A DNA stretch of 64,000 bases, from NCBI GenBank assembly GCA_045117995.1, contig JBGUOH010000005.1:13913-77912 (forward strand), given 5' to 3'. Under the pieces are notes generated by a model. The model saw only the letters and a program-made list of their open reading frames with translations. It was not told the DNA's origin and ran no database searches. This DNA is from Bacilli bacterium. GTDB taxonomy: Bacteria; Bacillota_I; Bacilli_A; RFN20; CAG-826. Of the stretch, positions 55,521 to 64,000 are shown piece after piece (position 1 is the stretch's first letter; every line of letters begins with the position of its first letter). The translations under genes and the position numbers were made by a program.

Positions 55521-55557
55521 TTGCGAGATGTAACAATAATAGCTATACTACTAATAT
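55521..55557 (+). promoter_or_regulatory. Promoter for spx (TTGCGA-17-TATACT), start codon 8 nt after the -10
   Basis: -35 at 55521-55526 and -10 at 55544-55549. ATG at 55558. No SD. Confidence 0.45.
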
Positions 55558-56001
55558 ATGATAAAAATTTACACCTCACCTTCTTGTAGTTCATGCCGCA
55601 AAGTCAAAAAATGGTTCTTAGATCAGAATATTCCATTCATTGAAAAGAACATCTTTGTTGCGACATTAAACGAGAAAGAGTTAACCGATATATTAATGAA
55701 GAGTGAAAATGGTACTGAAGATATCATTTCCACGAAGAGCAAGATTATCAAAGAAAACAACCTTGATATCGACTCCATGACAGTCAAACAATTAGTGGCT
55801 TTTATTAGGGATAATCCATCCATTTTAAAACGCCCAATCATTGTTGATGACCATCGTATTCAAGTGGGTTATAACCCTGATGATATTAGAAGCTTCATTC
55901 CACACGCTCGTCGTTTAGCGGAATGGGCGTGTAAAAACGATAACTGTCCTCAATACGAACACTGTGGTCACTCAGACGTTAAAGAAAACGCTGGTAACTA
56001 G
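55558..56001 (+). CDS. spx: Spx/ArsC-family redox regulator with a Cys/His-rich C-terminal tail
   Basis: MIKIYTSPSCSSCRKVKKWF (CxxC) and RPIIVDDHRIQVGYNPDDIRSFIP. The tail is CKNDNCPQYEHCGH. Confidence 0.88.
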   Translation: MIKIYTSPSCSSCRKVKKWFLDQNIPFIEKNIFVATLNEKELTDILMKSENGTEDIISTKSKIIKENNLDIDSMTVKQLVAFIRDNPSILKRPIIVDDHRIQVGYNPDDIRSFIPHARRLAEWACKNDNCPQYEHCGHSDVKENAGN

Positions 56002-56600
56002 TTGTTCTTTAAAGCAGCGTCAATCGCACGTCGGGCTTTTCCGACGTATTTTTCTTTAGAAACAGGAATATTGAACTTCTCGATATATCCCTTTAATGTT
56101 TCTTTCGCGTGCTTGATACCAAGTTTAGATTCAATCTCTAAATTGTAATCAAGGTTTTCACCATATGTATTCTTATCAATAACTAATAGATAGTCGTCAA
56201 ATTCAATTTCTAAACGCCTATTGTATAAAGCGGTAATCTTATGATATTTGTCTAATGAGTAGGGTAGAAGCATTAATCTATTTCTCACTTGGCCATAAGG
56301 GAAGATCCCTTCATTGACTAAAAGCTCAGATTCTTTTGGAGTTAAGCCATCATTGATTTCTTCATCTCCATCTTCACCCTTAATCTTTAAAGTGAGTTCA
56401 CTTCTCACATCATTAATGACTCTTACTCTTAAGGTCATGTGTTGGCTTCTTAAATAGAGATCATCTGTATCGAAATAATAGTTCGCGTTTTGTAAGAAAT
56501 GTTTGTTTGGATAAAGATTCATGTAATAAGTCACGATGAAAAAATATCTCTCCTCATCTAACATTATTCTTGTTTCATATTCTTTATTTGTTTTAGCCAT
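55998..56600 (-). CDS. CYTH-domain (triphosphate tunnel metalloenzyme, YjbK-like) protein
   Basis: 200 aa with alternating acidic/basic beta-strand pattern (YETRIML, TLRVRV, ELTLKIKG, RLEIEFD, NLEIES). 4-nt overlap with the spx end (convergent). Confidence 0.55.
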   Translation of the reverse strand: MAKTNKEYETRIMLDEERYFFIVTYYMNLYPNKHFLQNANYYFDTDDLYLRSQHMTLRVRVINDVRSELTLKIKGEDGDEEINDGLTPKESELLVNEGIFPYGQVRNRLMLLPYSLDKYHKITALYNRRLEIEFDDYLLVIDKNTYGENLDYNLEIESKLGIKHAKETLKGYIEKFNIPVSKEKYVGKARRAIDAALKNN

Positions 56601-56625
56601 AGATTTTTTCTAACAACTGAATTAT

Positions 56626-56638
56626 TATAACATATGTT
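56626..56638 (+). promoter_or_regulatory. -10 element placed for a leaderless mRNA
   Basis: TATAAC at 56626-56631, then 7 nt, then ATG 56639. Confidence 0.35.
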
Positions 56639-57013
56639 ATGAAAATTAATTTACCAATATTAGCAGACAACGCTCAATTTCCAGGCTGGTTAATCGCTTT
56701 ATTCGTGGTTACTGGTGTTTTAATGATTGCTACTGTCGTGGTCATTATTATCTTCCTTAAAAAGAAAAAAGCCGTTAAAATCGATGACTCTTTATGGGTT
56801 GAAAACTTAGGCGGTAAAGATAACATCGAAAGCGTTAGCCAAGTCGGTTCAAGAATTAATCTTGTCTTAAAAGATAAAGAAATAATTAATAAGGATAATT
56901 TAAAAGAACTAGGAGTTAAAAGCGTCCTAGTCATGTCTAATAAAGTTACCTTAGTAGTGGAAGCTAACGCTGAAGATATCGCTAAAGCGATAAACGAAGC
57001 GCTTAAAGCTTAA
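56639..57013 (+). CDS. Membrane-anchored PTS EIIB(Glc)-like domain protein lacking the phospho-Cys
   Basis: N-terminal TM plus KKKK. WVENLGGKDNIESVSQVGSRINLVLKD aligns to the EIIB motif LGGKENI....HC.TRLR, with Cys replaced by Gly. Confidence 0.65.
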   Translation: MKINLPILADNAQFPGWLIALFVVTGVLMIATVVVIIIFLKKKKAVKIDDSLWVENLGGKDNIESVSQVGSRINLVLKDKEIINKDNLKELGVKSVLVMSNKVTLVVEANAEDIAKAINEALKA

Positions 57014-57572
57014 AGTTCTTAATTAGATCTTGTTTAATCTCATCAGTGGGGAATCCAATAATGTTATTCATGGAACCACTGATTTTTTTAACGATTGGGA
57101 ATTTATCGTTATCTTGCACGCCATAAGCGCCCGCTTTATCAAGAGGGGAACCTGAAGCGATATATGCGTTAATTAATTCATCACTTAATTCATTAAAGTA
57201 AACAATGCTTTTAACAATACCTTGCACGAGTTTATCGTTTTGTTTTAAAGCGTAACCCGTGTAGACGTAGTGCTCTTTGTTAGAAAGTTCTTTTAAAATG
57301 CGATAAGCATCTTCTTTATCTTTTGGCTTACCAATGATTTCATTGCCTAAAACAACGACAGTGTCCGCGGCGATGACTAAATCACTTGGATGGTCATTAG
57401 AGACCGCTAAGCATTTGCGGAGTGAGATGTCTTTGACGATATCTCTCACATCTGTATATTTCTTAAAAGAAAGAGATTCATCAATATCACTAACGATAAT
57501 AGAAAAAGAAGATGATATCTCCTTTTCCATTAATTGTCTTCTTCTAGGTGATGCACTCGCTAAAATAATCAT
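57003..57572 (-). CDS. maf: Maf-like nucleoside triphosphate pyrophosphatase
   Basis: Begins MIILASASPRRRQL; contains AGAYGVQD. Confidence 0.9.
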   Translation of the reverse strand: MIILASASPRRRQLMEKEISSSFSIIVSDIDESLSFKKYTDVRDIVKDISLRKCLAVSNDHPSDLVIAADTVVVLGNEIIGKPKDKEDAYRILKELSNKEHYVYTGYALKQNDKLVQGIVKSIVYFNELSDELINAYIASGSPLDKAGAYGVQDNDKFPIVKKISGSMNNIIGFPTDEIKQDLIKNFKL

Positions 57573-57573
57573 C

Positions 57574-59244
57574 TTAATTCTTTGTAAGAATTACTGGAAT
57601 AATCATTGGATGAGAACGTGTAAGTTCATATAAGAAGTTACCAGTAATATCTTTAATGATAGCTTTTAGTTCAGCAAAGCTTGTCTTGGTTAAGAGTTTT
57701 TCTTTAACACCCTTTTCCACGAGTTTTGCACAAGCATTCACGTTACGTTTGCTGTGTGAAGCAACAACGCCTTTAACAACGAAGACTGGTTCATCAATAA
57801 GTTGATTGTTATGAGAATCGATAGTGATGGTAACAATAACCATACCATCATCGGTTAAAATACGACGATCCGCCATAACAGCGTCAGCTAAACCTTTAAT
57901 ATCTTTACCATCGATATACGTGTTACCATGTTCCACTTGGAAACCACGGGTAATCTTACCTCTAGAAAGAGTTAAGCAATCACCATTATCTAAGACAAAG
58001 CAGTTTTCCGCTGGAACACCAACTTCAGATGCAATCTTAGCGTGGATTAAAAGCATTCTATATTCACCATGCATTGGCATGAAGTATTTAGGTTTAAATA
58101 ATTTTAAGACAAGTCTTAATTCTTGTTTGGATGGGTGACCAGAGGAGTGGATATCGTTAAGAATGGAGTTAGTGACAACATCCGCGCCACAACGTGTTAA
58201 TTGGTTAACAACGTGGTCAATCATAATACCGTTACCTGGAATTGCGGAACTAGAGAAGACCACAGTATCTCCTGGAGAGATATGCACATCTTTATGTTCA
58301 CCATTAGCAATTCTACTTAAAGCGGCCATTGGTTCACCTTGTGAACCAGTACAAATAATCACGATTTGATTGCTCTTGAAGTTCTTAATGTCTTCAGGAT
58401 TGATAATCATATCGTCTTTGATTTTGATATAACCATATCCACGAGAGATATCCATGGCTTTTTCCATGGAACGACCGATAATCACAATCTTACGATCATA
58501 TTTAGCGGCAACTTCGCAGATTTGTTGAATACGAGAAATATTGGAAGAGAATGTGGAAACGATTAATCGACCAGCGGCTTTAGAGAAAACATCATCGATA
58601 GCGTCTAAAACGTTCTTTTCACTTGGGGTGTAGCCTTCGCTTTCAGCGTTGGTGGAGTCACTGAGTAATAAATCAACACCCTCTTGGCCTAATTTAGCCA
58701 TTTTGGTTAAGTTGATATCTGGTCCAATTGGTGTTAAGTCCACTTTAAAGTCACCAGTGGAAACGATTCTACCTTCTGGAGTATCAACGACAATACCAAA
58801 TGAATCTGGGATGGAGTGGGTCACTCTAAAGAAACTAACTTTAAAGGAGTCCACTTTAACCACTGTATCGTCAGTATATTCAATAAGTGGTAAACGATCA
58901 GACATACGGCTTTCTTCCATTTTGTTTCTGATTAAAGCCGCGGCTAATCTAGGAGCGTATATAACAGGAATGTTTAAGCTTTGAATTAAGAAAGGAATAC
59001 CACCGATATGGTCTTCATGACCATGGGTGATAAACAAAGCTTTAACTTTATTACGATTGTTTTTTAAATGAGTAAAGTCTGGGACGACGTAGTCGATACC
59101 AGGAAATTCAACACCAGGAAAACGTACGCCACAGTCAATGATGACGATCGTTTCTTCGTTTTCGATGCAGTACATATTTTTACCGACCTCGCCTAAACCA
59201 CCGAGGGCATAAACAGAAATCGGCATAGAAAGAGTATTAGCCAT
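57574..59244 (-). CDS. rnj: Ribonuclease J
   Basis: Beta-lactamase/beta-CASP fold with THGHEDHIGG. AGGAG SD lies before ATG 59244. Confidence 0.93.
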   Translation of the reverse strand: MANTLSMPISVYALGGLGEVGKNMYCIENEETIVIIDCGVRFPGVEFPGIDYVVPDFTHLKNNRNKVKALFITHGHEDHIGGIPFLIQSLNIPVIYAPRLAAALIRNKMEESRMSDRLPLIEYTDDTVVKVDSFKVSFFRVTHSIPDSFGIVVDTPEGRIVSTGDFKVDLTPIGPDINLTKMAKLGQEGVDLLLSDSTNAESEGYTPSEKNVLDAIDDVFSKAAGRLIVSTFSSNISRIQQICEVAAKYDRKIVIIGRSMEKAMDISRGYGYIKIKDDMIINPEDIKNFKSNQIVIICTGSQGEPMAALSRIANGEHKDVHISPGDTVVFSSSAIPGNGIMIDHVVNQLTRCGADVVTNSILNDIHSSGHPSKQELRLVLKLFKPKYFMPMHGEYRMLLIHAKIASEVGVPAENCFVLDNGDCLTLSRGKITRGFQVEHGNTYIDGKDIKGLADAVMADRRILTDDGMVIVTITIDSHNNQLIDEPVFVVKGVVASHSKRNVNACAKLVEKGVKEKLLTKTSFAELKAIIKDITGNFLYELTRSHPMIIPVILTKN

Positions 59245-59306
59245 AGTGTCTCCTTTCATTATTTATGTGATGAATCTTTATTAATTATATCAAGAAAATT
59301 AATAAA

Positions 59307-59855
59307 TTATATAAGTTCTTCATTCATAAGTTGCGTATATGGTTTGTTTTTATCAATACGGTCATAGAAGAAGAGACCATCTAAATGGTCATATTCATGT
59401 TGTAATACAATGGCATCGAAGCCTCTTGCAACGATAATGACTTCCTTATCTCTAAGAGCGTCATAAGCTTGCATTTTAATCTTGTAGTAGCGGTGGGCAT
59501 AACCTTTATGCTCCTCGTCTACGGATAAACAACCTTCTCCATCCTTTAAAGCACACTTACGAATGGAATACTCAATAATCTTTGGATTCACTAATTGATA
59601 TTGGACAAGATCTTCACCTTCTCCATAGTAAATAACAAACATTCTTTTGAGTAAGCCAATTTGAATAGCCGCCATACCAATACCAGGTCTGATATTGTGT
59701 TTGGTGGAGTATTCTTCGTCTTGTGATAACTTTAAGTATTCAAGCATCGCATCTAAAGTCTCTTTGTCTTCCTTACTTAATGGAAGCTCTACTGGGAGAG
59801 ACTTTTTCTTCATGATTGGGTTGCTATCTTTAACAATTCTGAGCTTCATGAGCAT
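59307..59855 (-). CDS. def: Peptide deformylase
   Basis: GIGMAAIQIG, EGCLS and QHEYDHLDG motifs. Confidence 0.93.
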   Translation of the reverse strand: MLMKLRIVKDSNPIMKKKSLPVELPLSKEDKETLDAMLEYLKLSQDEEYSTKHNIRPGIGMAAIQIGLLKRMFVIYYGEGEDLVQYQLVNPKIIEYSIRKCALKDGEGCLSVDEEHKGYAHRYYKIKMQAYDALRDKEVIIVARGFDAIVLQHEYDHLDGLFFYDRIDKNKPYTQLMNEELI

Positions 59856-59908
59856 ATACTATCACATTTATCGACATAAATAAAGTTTATGTCAAATGAA
59901 AAATTGTG

Positions 59909-59920
59909 TATAATCAAAGC
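59909..59920 (+). promoter_or_regulatory. -10 element placed for a leaderless mRNA
   Basis: TATAAT at 59909-59914, then 6 nt (caaagc), then ATG 59921. Confidence 0.45.
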
Positions 59921-60286
59921 ATGGCAAACGACATTTATAATCTCGCTAGTGAATTAAAAGAAATGCTGGATAATGACGAAAGAATTATCCGTTTAAATAA
60001 ACTCGAAAAAGAGCTCAATAATAACGAAGAAGTGATGGCCCTTTCCTATCAAAAAGATGTCGCGGTTTCCGCTTATAGTGATGCTTTAAATCACTACGCT
60101 CAAGATAGTGAAGAATTAAAGAAAATCCAACACGATTTGCACCTTAAGAAAGAAGCTCTAGATAACCATCCATTAGTGAGAGATTATCTTAAGGCTTACA
60201 GTGAAGTTCGTGACCTATATTTCCAAGTTAATGAGATACTATTTAAAGACTTGTCTTTACATCTCAAAGAAAAGAGGGCTAAATAA
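59921..60286 (+). CDS. YlbF/YmcA-family protein
   Basis: 121-aa helical protein. It sits upstream of rsmD-coaD, as ylbF does in Bacillus. Confidence 0.6.
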   Translation: MANDIYNLASELKEMLDNDERIIRLNKLEKELNNNEEVMALSYQKDVAVSAYSDALNHYAQDSEELKKIQHDLHLKKEALDNHPLVRDYLKAYSEVRDLYFQVNEILFKDLSLHLKEKRAK

Positions 60287-60831
60287 TGCGTATTGTCGGA
60301 GGAAAATATCGTCATCGTTTAATTATTTATCCTGATGATATGGAACATACTAGACCAACAAAAGATAGAATCAGAGAAGCCATCTTCTCCGCTTTAGGGG
60401 ATATCACTAATTCCAACGCTTTAGATTTATATGCTGGAAGTGGTGCAATGGGTTTAGAAGCCTTATCTAGAGGCGCAAGTAAATGTGCGTTCGTGGATGT
60501 TTCTCCAATTGCTATTAAAACAATTAAGGGCAATCTTGATAATCTTAAGATTACTTCAGAAGAATATATATTAATTAAGGATAAAGATATAAATGCGTTA
60601 GAGAGGTTTAAATCTCTTAACGAAAAGTTTGATTTAGTGTTCCTCGATCCACCTTATGAACAAGGCCAATATCAACAAATCGTGGACCTACTGTTAAGTA
60701 ATGATTTATTAAGTGAGCACGCAGTTATCGTCATTGAAGCTAACCGTGACGTTAATTTAGAAAATATTGAATATCAAAAGAAGAAAGACTACCATTATGG
60801 AGAAATCAAGGTCTTCATCTATTGGAGGTAA
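60286..60831 (+). CDS. rsmD: 16S rRNA (guanine966-N2)-methyltransferase RsmD
   Basis: MRIVGGKYR, RPTKDRIREAIFS, LDLYAGSGAMGLEALSRGA and FLDPPY. Confidence 0.9.
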   Translation: MRIVGGKYRHRLIIYPDDMEHTRPTKDRIREAIFSALGDITNSNALDLYAGSGAMGLEALSRGASKCAFVDVSPIAIKTIKGNLDNLKITSEEYILIKDKDINALERFKSLNEKFDLVFLDPPYEQGQYQQIVDLLLSNDLLSEHAVIVIEANRDVNLENIEYQKKKDYHYGEIKVFIYWR

Positions 60832-60834
60832 CAA

Positions 60835-61299
60835 ATGAAAATTGCCATCTACCCAGGAAGCTTCGATCCAATTACCAACGGACACTTAGAAATCTTAAAA
60901 AGAGCCCTTAATATCTTCGATAAGGTCATTATGCTTGTTGCCGTTAATGACCAAAAGAAATCTAGATTTTCCACTGAAGAAAGAGTGGCGATGATTAAGG
61001 AAGCTGTTGAAGGCGACCCAAGAGTAATTGTTGATAGTTGTAACGGTTTAACTGTTGAATATGCCAAAAAGCATGACGCTCAACATCTTATCCGTGGTTT
61101 AAGAGCGGTGACAGACTTTGAATATGAATTCTCTTTAGCGTCCGCTAATGACTTCATCGATTCATCTATTGATACAGTCTTCTTAATGAGCAAAGCTGAA
61201 AAGTCCTTCATCAATTCCTCAATGATTATGGAATTACATCAAAGTGGTGTGGACGTTTCTAGCTTAGTCCCAGCGTCTGTTATTAAAAGATTAAAATAA
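60835..61299 (+). CDS. coaD: Phosphopantetheine adenylyltransferase
   Basis: IAIYPGSFDPITNGHLEI and RGLRAVTDFEYE. Confidence 0.95.
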   Translation: MKIAIYPGSFDPITNGHLEILKRALNIFDKVIMLVAVNDQKKSRFSTEERVAMIKEAVEGDPRVIVDSCNGLTVEYAKKHDAQHLIRGLRAVTDFEYEFSLASANDFIDSSIDTVFLMSKAEKSFINSSMIMELHQSGVDVSSLVPASVIKRLK

Positions 61300-61300
61300 C

Positions 61301-62014
61301 TTATTTTAAATAGATTAATGACACCAGTCTTCCCACTGGTGTTTTTTTGTAAGCAGAAAATAGTCTTTCGTCAGTGAATGTATCAAGATGATCATCACTA
61401 ATTTGAGAATCATCCGCGCCTAAAGAATAAAGATCAATCCTATTAGCGAGGCCATTATCAAATTCATCACCTTTAATCGCTTCTTTAAAGCCCGCTTCTA
61501 AGATGGTGTTTCTTGTTTCTTCATCAATCTTAAAGGACTCTGGTTGACGGAATGGACCAATATAGAATTTAAAATCTTTTATATCTAGTTTTTCTTTATT
61601 AATAATTTCATTAATAGCTTTATAAGCCACATGTTTCATTGTGCCTTTAAATCCTGCATGGATAATACCCACGAGATTAGCCCTTTCATTAATAAAGAAG
61701 ATAGGAACACAATCCGCGTGGAAAATACATAATGGCACATTTCTTTCGTATGTATACAAGGCGTCGCATTCTAAGCCATCTTCAAAACTATCTTTGCCTT
61801 TGCCCATTTCTTTCAAAGAAACATACATCACTTTATCGCTGTGATGTTGATGGACATAAGTAAAGCGTTCGATAGGTAAATTAAGAAGACTCGCTAATTG
61901 CTCACGTCTTTGCTTAACGCCTTCACCATTATCTACTTGATAGGCTAAGTTACCTAATTTAGTAGTAGTGGTAACGCTGACACATTTTTCACTAAGTGGG
62001 AAATTAATATACAT
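61301..62014 (-). CDS. pgeF: Purine nucleoside phosphorylase / polyphenol oxidase YfiH (PgeF, DUF152) family
   Basis: VHQHHSDKV, DALYT, CIFHADCVPIFF and GIIHAGFKGT. Confidence 0.85.
   Translation of the reverse strand: MYINFPLSEKCVSVTTTTKLGNLAYQVDNGEGVKQRREQLASLLNLPIERFTYVHQHHSDKVMYVSLKEMGKGKDSFEDGLECDALYTYERNVPLCIFHADCVPIFFINERANLVGIIHAGFKGTMKHVAYKAINEIINKEKLDIKDFKFYIGPFRQPESFKIDEETRNTILEAGFKEAIKGDEFDNGLANRIDLYSLGADDSQISDDHLDTFTDERLFSAYKKTPVGRLVSLIYLK
61321..61349 (+). terminator. coaD terminator embedded in the 3' coding end of convergent pgeF
   Basis: Stem ACACCAGT/ACTGGTGT followed by T7. Confidence 0.75.
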
Positions 62015-62026
62015 ACTCTAATGATA
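62015..62026 (-). promoter_or_regulatory. -10 element placed for a leaderless pgeF
   Basis: Minus strand: TATCAT-tagagt-ATG, immediately after the upstream terminator. Confidence 0.4.
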
Positions 62027-62033
62027 TCAGAGA

Positions 62034-62057
62034 AAAGAAAAAACCGCATCAGCGGTT
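62034..62057 (-). terminator. Intrinsic terminator after the 286-aa membrane-anchored protein gene
   Basis: Stem AACCGC/GCGGTT overlapping the stop codon, followed by a T-rich tract on the minus strand. Confidence 0.6.
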
Positions 62058-62916
62058 AGTTCTTAACAATCTTTCCGAATAAGTCGGTGTGTGACCAACA
62101 TTTCTTCAAGGTACGGGCTCTTTCTAAGTCTGTGCCACCGTCAACTGTGAAGATGACATCACTTAAGCCTTTGACTTTTTGATCAGCAAGAGCGATACCG
62201 TTCTTAGCGCAATCATCGGAGAAATCGAAGTACATAAGTAATGGAGTGTTGATTGGGCAAGAATCTAAGCTATCAGATGTGAAATTGCTTTCATATGTGC
62301 TGACGCTGTAGTTCTTGTTGAGAGCGTAGTAGGTTTTTGGTAAGTAGTTACCATCAACTAATGTTTCGAATAAATCGTAGTGGTTTAGCCAAACTTTGTC
62401 GAATAAGTTGACTTCTTCGTTGTCGATTTTTTCTGTGGTATCTGTGTAGATGGTCCAGAGTTTGAAATCACCTGCTAAAGCATCTTTTTTATCACCAACG
62501 AATTCTTTATCGTTGTTTTTCCATTTTTCTTGGAATGTCTTTAAGCCGCCGTATAAATCTTCACAGCTGCTGTCATCTTTGACAAAGGCAACGAAGAATC
62601 TTTCGCCTCTCTTGTCAGCTTTGAGTTTATCAACATCACCGTTTTCGATGTATGTGAGGAACTTATCGACTTCAGAACCAGCGTTGTTGGAATCGAATTT
62701 ATTAGCGTTCTTTAAACTTAATTGGTTTTTAGCGAAATATTTATTTGCGTCATCGCTGGAATCGAACCAACCTTTAACACCATCAATGATGTGTGGGATG
62801 GCGAAGATAACTGCGAAGATAGCACCGACGATCAACAAAGGTTGAATCCATGCTGTTTCTTTAATCCAACGGCCGATTCTCGCGAAAAATCCGCCAATTG
62901 CTCTTAATACTACCAT
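62056..62916 (-). CDS. Hypothetical N-terminally anchored extracytoplasmic protein
   Basis: 286 aa with one TM segment (IQPLLIVGAIFAVIFAI). AGGAGG SD. No family recognised. Confidence 0.6.
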   Translation of the reverse strand: MVVLRAIGGFFARIGRWIKETAWIQPLLIVGAIFAVIFAIPHIIDGVKGWFDSSDDANKYFAKNQLSLKNANKFDSNNAGSEVDKFLTYIENGDVDKLKADKRGERFFVAFVKDDSSCEDLYGGLKTFQEKWKNNDKEFVGDKKDALAGDFKLWTIYTDTTEKIDNEEVNLFDKVWLNHYDLFETLVDGNYLPKTYYALNKNYSVSTYESNFTSDSLDSCPINTPLLMYFDFSDDCAKNGIALADQKVKGLSDVIFTVDGGTDLERARTLKKCWSHTDLFGKIVKN

Positions 62917-62982
62917 GTTTTAAGCCTCCTATATTTACATATAGCGTGATAATCTTACCACTTGAAAAATTTTATTTCAATA

Positions 62983-62999
62983 ACAATTGTACCAATTGT
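62983..62999. promoter_or_regulatory. Perfect 7-3-7 inverted repeat ACAATTG-TAC-CAATTGT (candidate operator)
   Basis: Lies in the divergent intergenic region, just upstream of the minus-strand TTGAAA-17-TAAGAT promoter. Confidence 0.3.
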
Positions 63000-63097
63000 A
63001 TCTTACATATGCTCATCCGAGACGAGCAACGTTTCCCATTATACTAGAAAAAATGTTCTAAACAATCATATTTTGTTGTTTTTTGTAAAACAAGGTA

Positions 63098-63109
63098 TAC
63101 AATAATGCC
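63098..63109 (+). promoter_or_regulatory. -10 element 6 nt before the GTG start of the yitT-like gene
   Basis: TACAAT at 63098-63103, then aatgcc, then GTG 63110. Confidence 0.3.
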
Positions 63110-64000
63110 GTGATTAAATCTAAGTGGACTCGCTTTAAAAAGCAAATCGACAACTTCTTGTTCGATCATTACATTATCAAAACCGTACTTGAATACATAC
63201 GTGGTTTCTTTGTTGCAGCAATCGCCGCGGTTGTCTTTGCTTTTGGTTTCTCATGCTTTATTTCACCATCAACCGAAGGTGGTTTCATTTTAGCCACCGG
63301 TGGTGTATCTGGTGTTTCTCAAATTATTGCGTGGATTGTTGAAACAATTCGTGGCGAACCAGTTGGTAACAACTTAATTCAATCCATTGGTTACACAGTA
63401 TTAAACATCCCATTATTAATCTTTAGCTTTTTCAAACTTGGTAAACGCTTTACCATCTTCACATTAGTTAATGTTGTTTTATCTTCTGTGTTTATTTCTT
63501 TATTCTCTAACGCAGGCGTGGGTGAACAAGTTGCACAATTCAAATTCCCAGATGGCGCTCAACCACTCGAACCTGTGATTGTGCGTGTTGTATTCGCTGG
63601 TATTACCACAGGCTTAGCTAGTGCGTTCGCATTCATAGGTGGTATTTCCTGTGGTGGCATTGACGTTGTTGCCTGTTATATCGGCTCCAGAAAATCCACA
63701 CAAATCGGTAGATATGGCGTGATGATTAACGGTGTTATTGTTATAACCTACGCTTTCTTAAAAGCTGTCGATAACAATTTCAACTTTGTTTATTCCTTAT
63801 ATAGTGTATTCTTCTCTATTATTTATTTATTTGAAGTTGGTTTGATCATTGATGCAATTAACTTAAGAAATAAGAAGATGCTTGTCCAAATCATTACCAG
63901 CAAAGTGCATATGCCAGAAATTATTATCGCTAACTTCCCACACTCCGCAACGATAATTAATGGACACGGTGCTTATTCCGGCGCTGATAAGATTATTCTT
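63110..64000 (+). CDS. YitT-family membrane protein (DUF2179), 3'-truncated by the window end
   Basis: Open frame from GTG 63110 to the window end; not in the ORF track because there is no stop. Translated by hand: FGFSCFISPS..GGVSGVSQI..GGISCGGIDV..ATIINGHGAYSG. Confidence 0.7.
   Translation, partial: MIKSKWTRFKKQIDNFLFDHYIIKTVLEYIRGFFVAAIAAVVFAFGFSCFISPSTEGGFILATGGVSGVSQIIAWIVETIRGEPVGNNLIQSIGYTVLNIPLLIFSFFKLGKRFTIFTLVNVVLSSVFISLFSNAGVGEQVAQFKFPDGAQPLEPVIVRVVFAGITTGLASAFAFIGGISCGGIDVVACYIGSRKSTQIGRYGVMINGVIVITYAFLKAVDNNFNFVYSLYSVFFSIIYLFEVGLIIDAINLRNKKMLVQIITSKVHMPEIIIANFPHSATIINGHGAYSGADKIIL

Noticed and set aside
55467-55557. Possible T-box leader upstream of trpS.
   Set aside because: The leader is under 90 nt, with no specifier hairpin, T-box sequence or terminator. 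A T-box needs roughly 200 nt or more.

Overview
AT-rich chromosomal segment that uses the standard genetic code (UGA is a stop, Trp is TGG). It is of Firmicutes/Mollicutes type: it carries polC, Bacillus-like synteny blocks, and lipoproteins with Ser-rich linkers, and no cell-wall synthesis genes appear in the window. My guess is an Acholeplasma-like or other reduced, possibly wall-less, low-GC bacterium; this is inference only. About 60 CDS and 8 tRNA genes are supported. The core is housekeeping: rplS-lepB-rbgA-rnhB, dprA, topA, xerC, rpsB-tsf-pyrH-frr, cdsA-dxr-rseP-polC, eno, pgi, metK, hpf, trpS, spx, rnj, def, rsmD-coaD. Between tRNA-Pro (18.5 kb) and eno (31.4 kb) lies a block made almost entirely of surface-exposed proteins. 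The most interesting locus is at 21.03-25.9 kb. It has a promoter, then a GEMM-I (c-di-GMP-I) riboswitch whose 3' strand doubles as the 5' arm of an intrinsic terminator, which predicts an ON switch. The riboswitch is followed by two secreted proteins: a 318-aa protein with a TasA/camelysin-like N-terminus and a 1249-aa beta-helix/lectin-like giant. Both share a conserved N-terminal tag (small-small-Cys, 4-8 residues, then AWF-x-ST). Other notable items are a SAM-I-clan riboswitch with a truncated P2 before metK, a class of at least 13 apparently leaderless genes (-10 hexamer, 6-8 nt, start codon), an mgtE-GtrA / GT2-GtrA / phosphodiester-glycosidase surface-glycosylation cluster, a circularly permuted tail-anchored GH3, a Cys-less membrane-anchored PTS-EIIB-like protein, and an orphan pduL-TSCPD pair. 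No CRISPR arrays, IS elements, prophage, rRNA or recognisable defence systems were seen. All family assignments come from motif recognition by eye, not from database searches.
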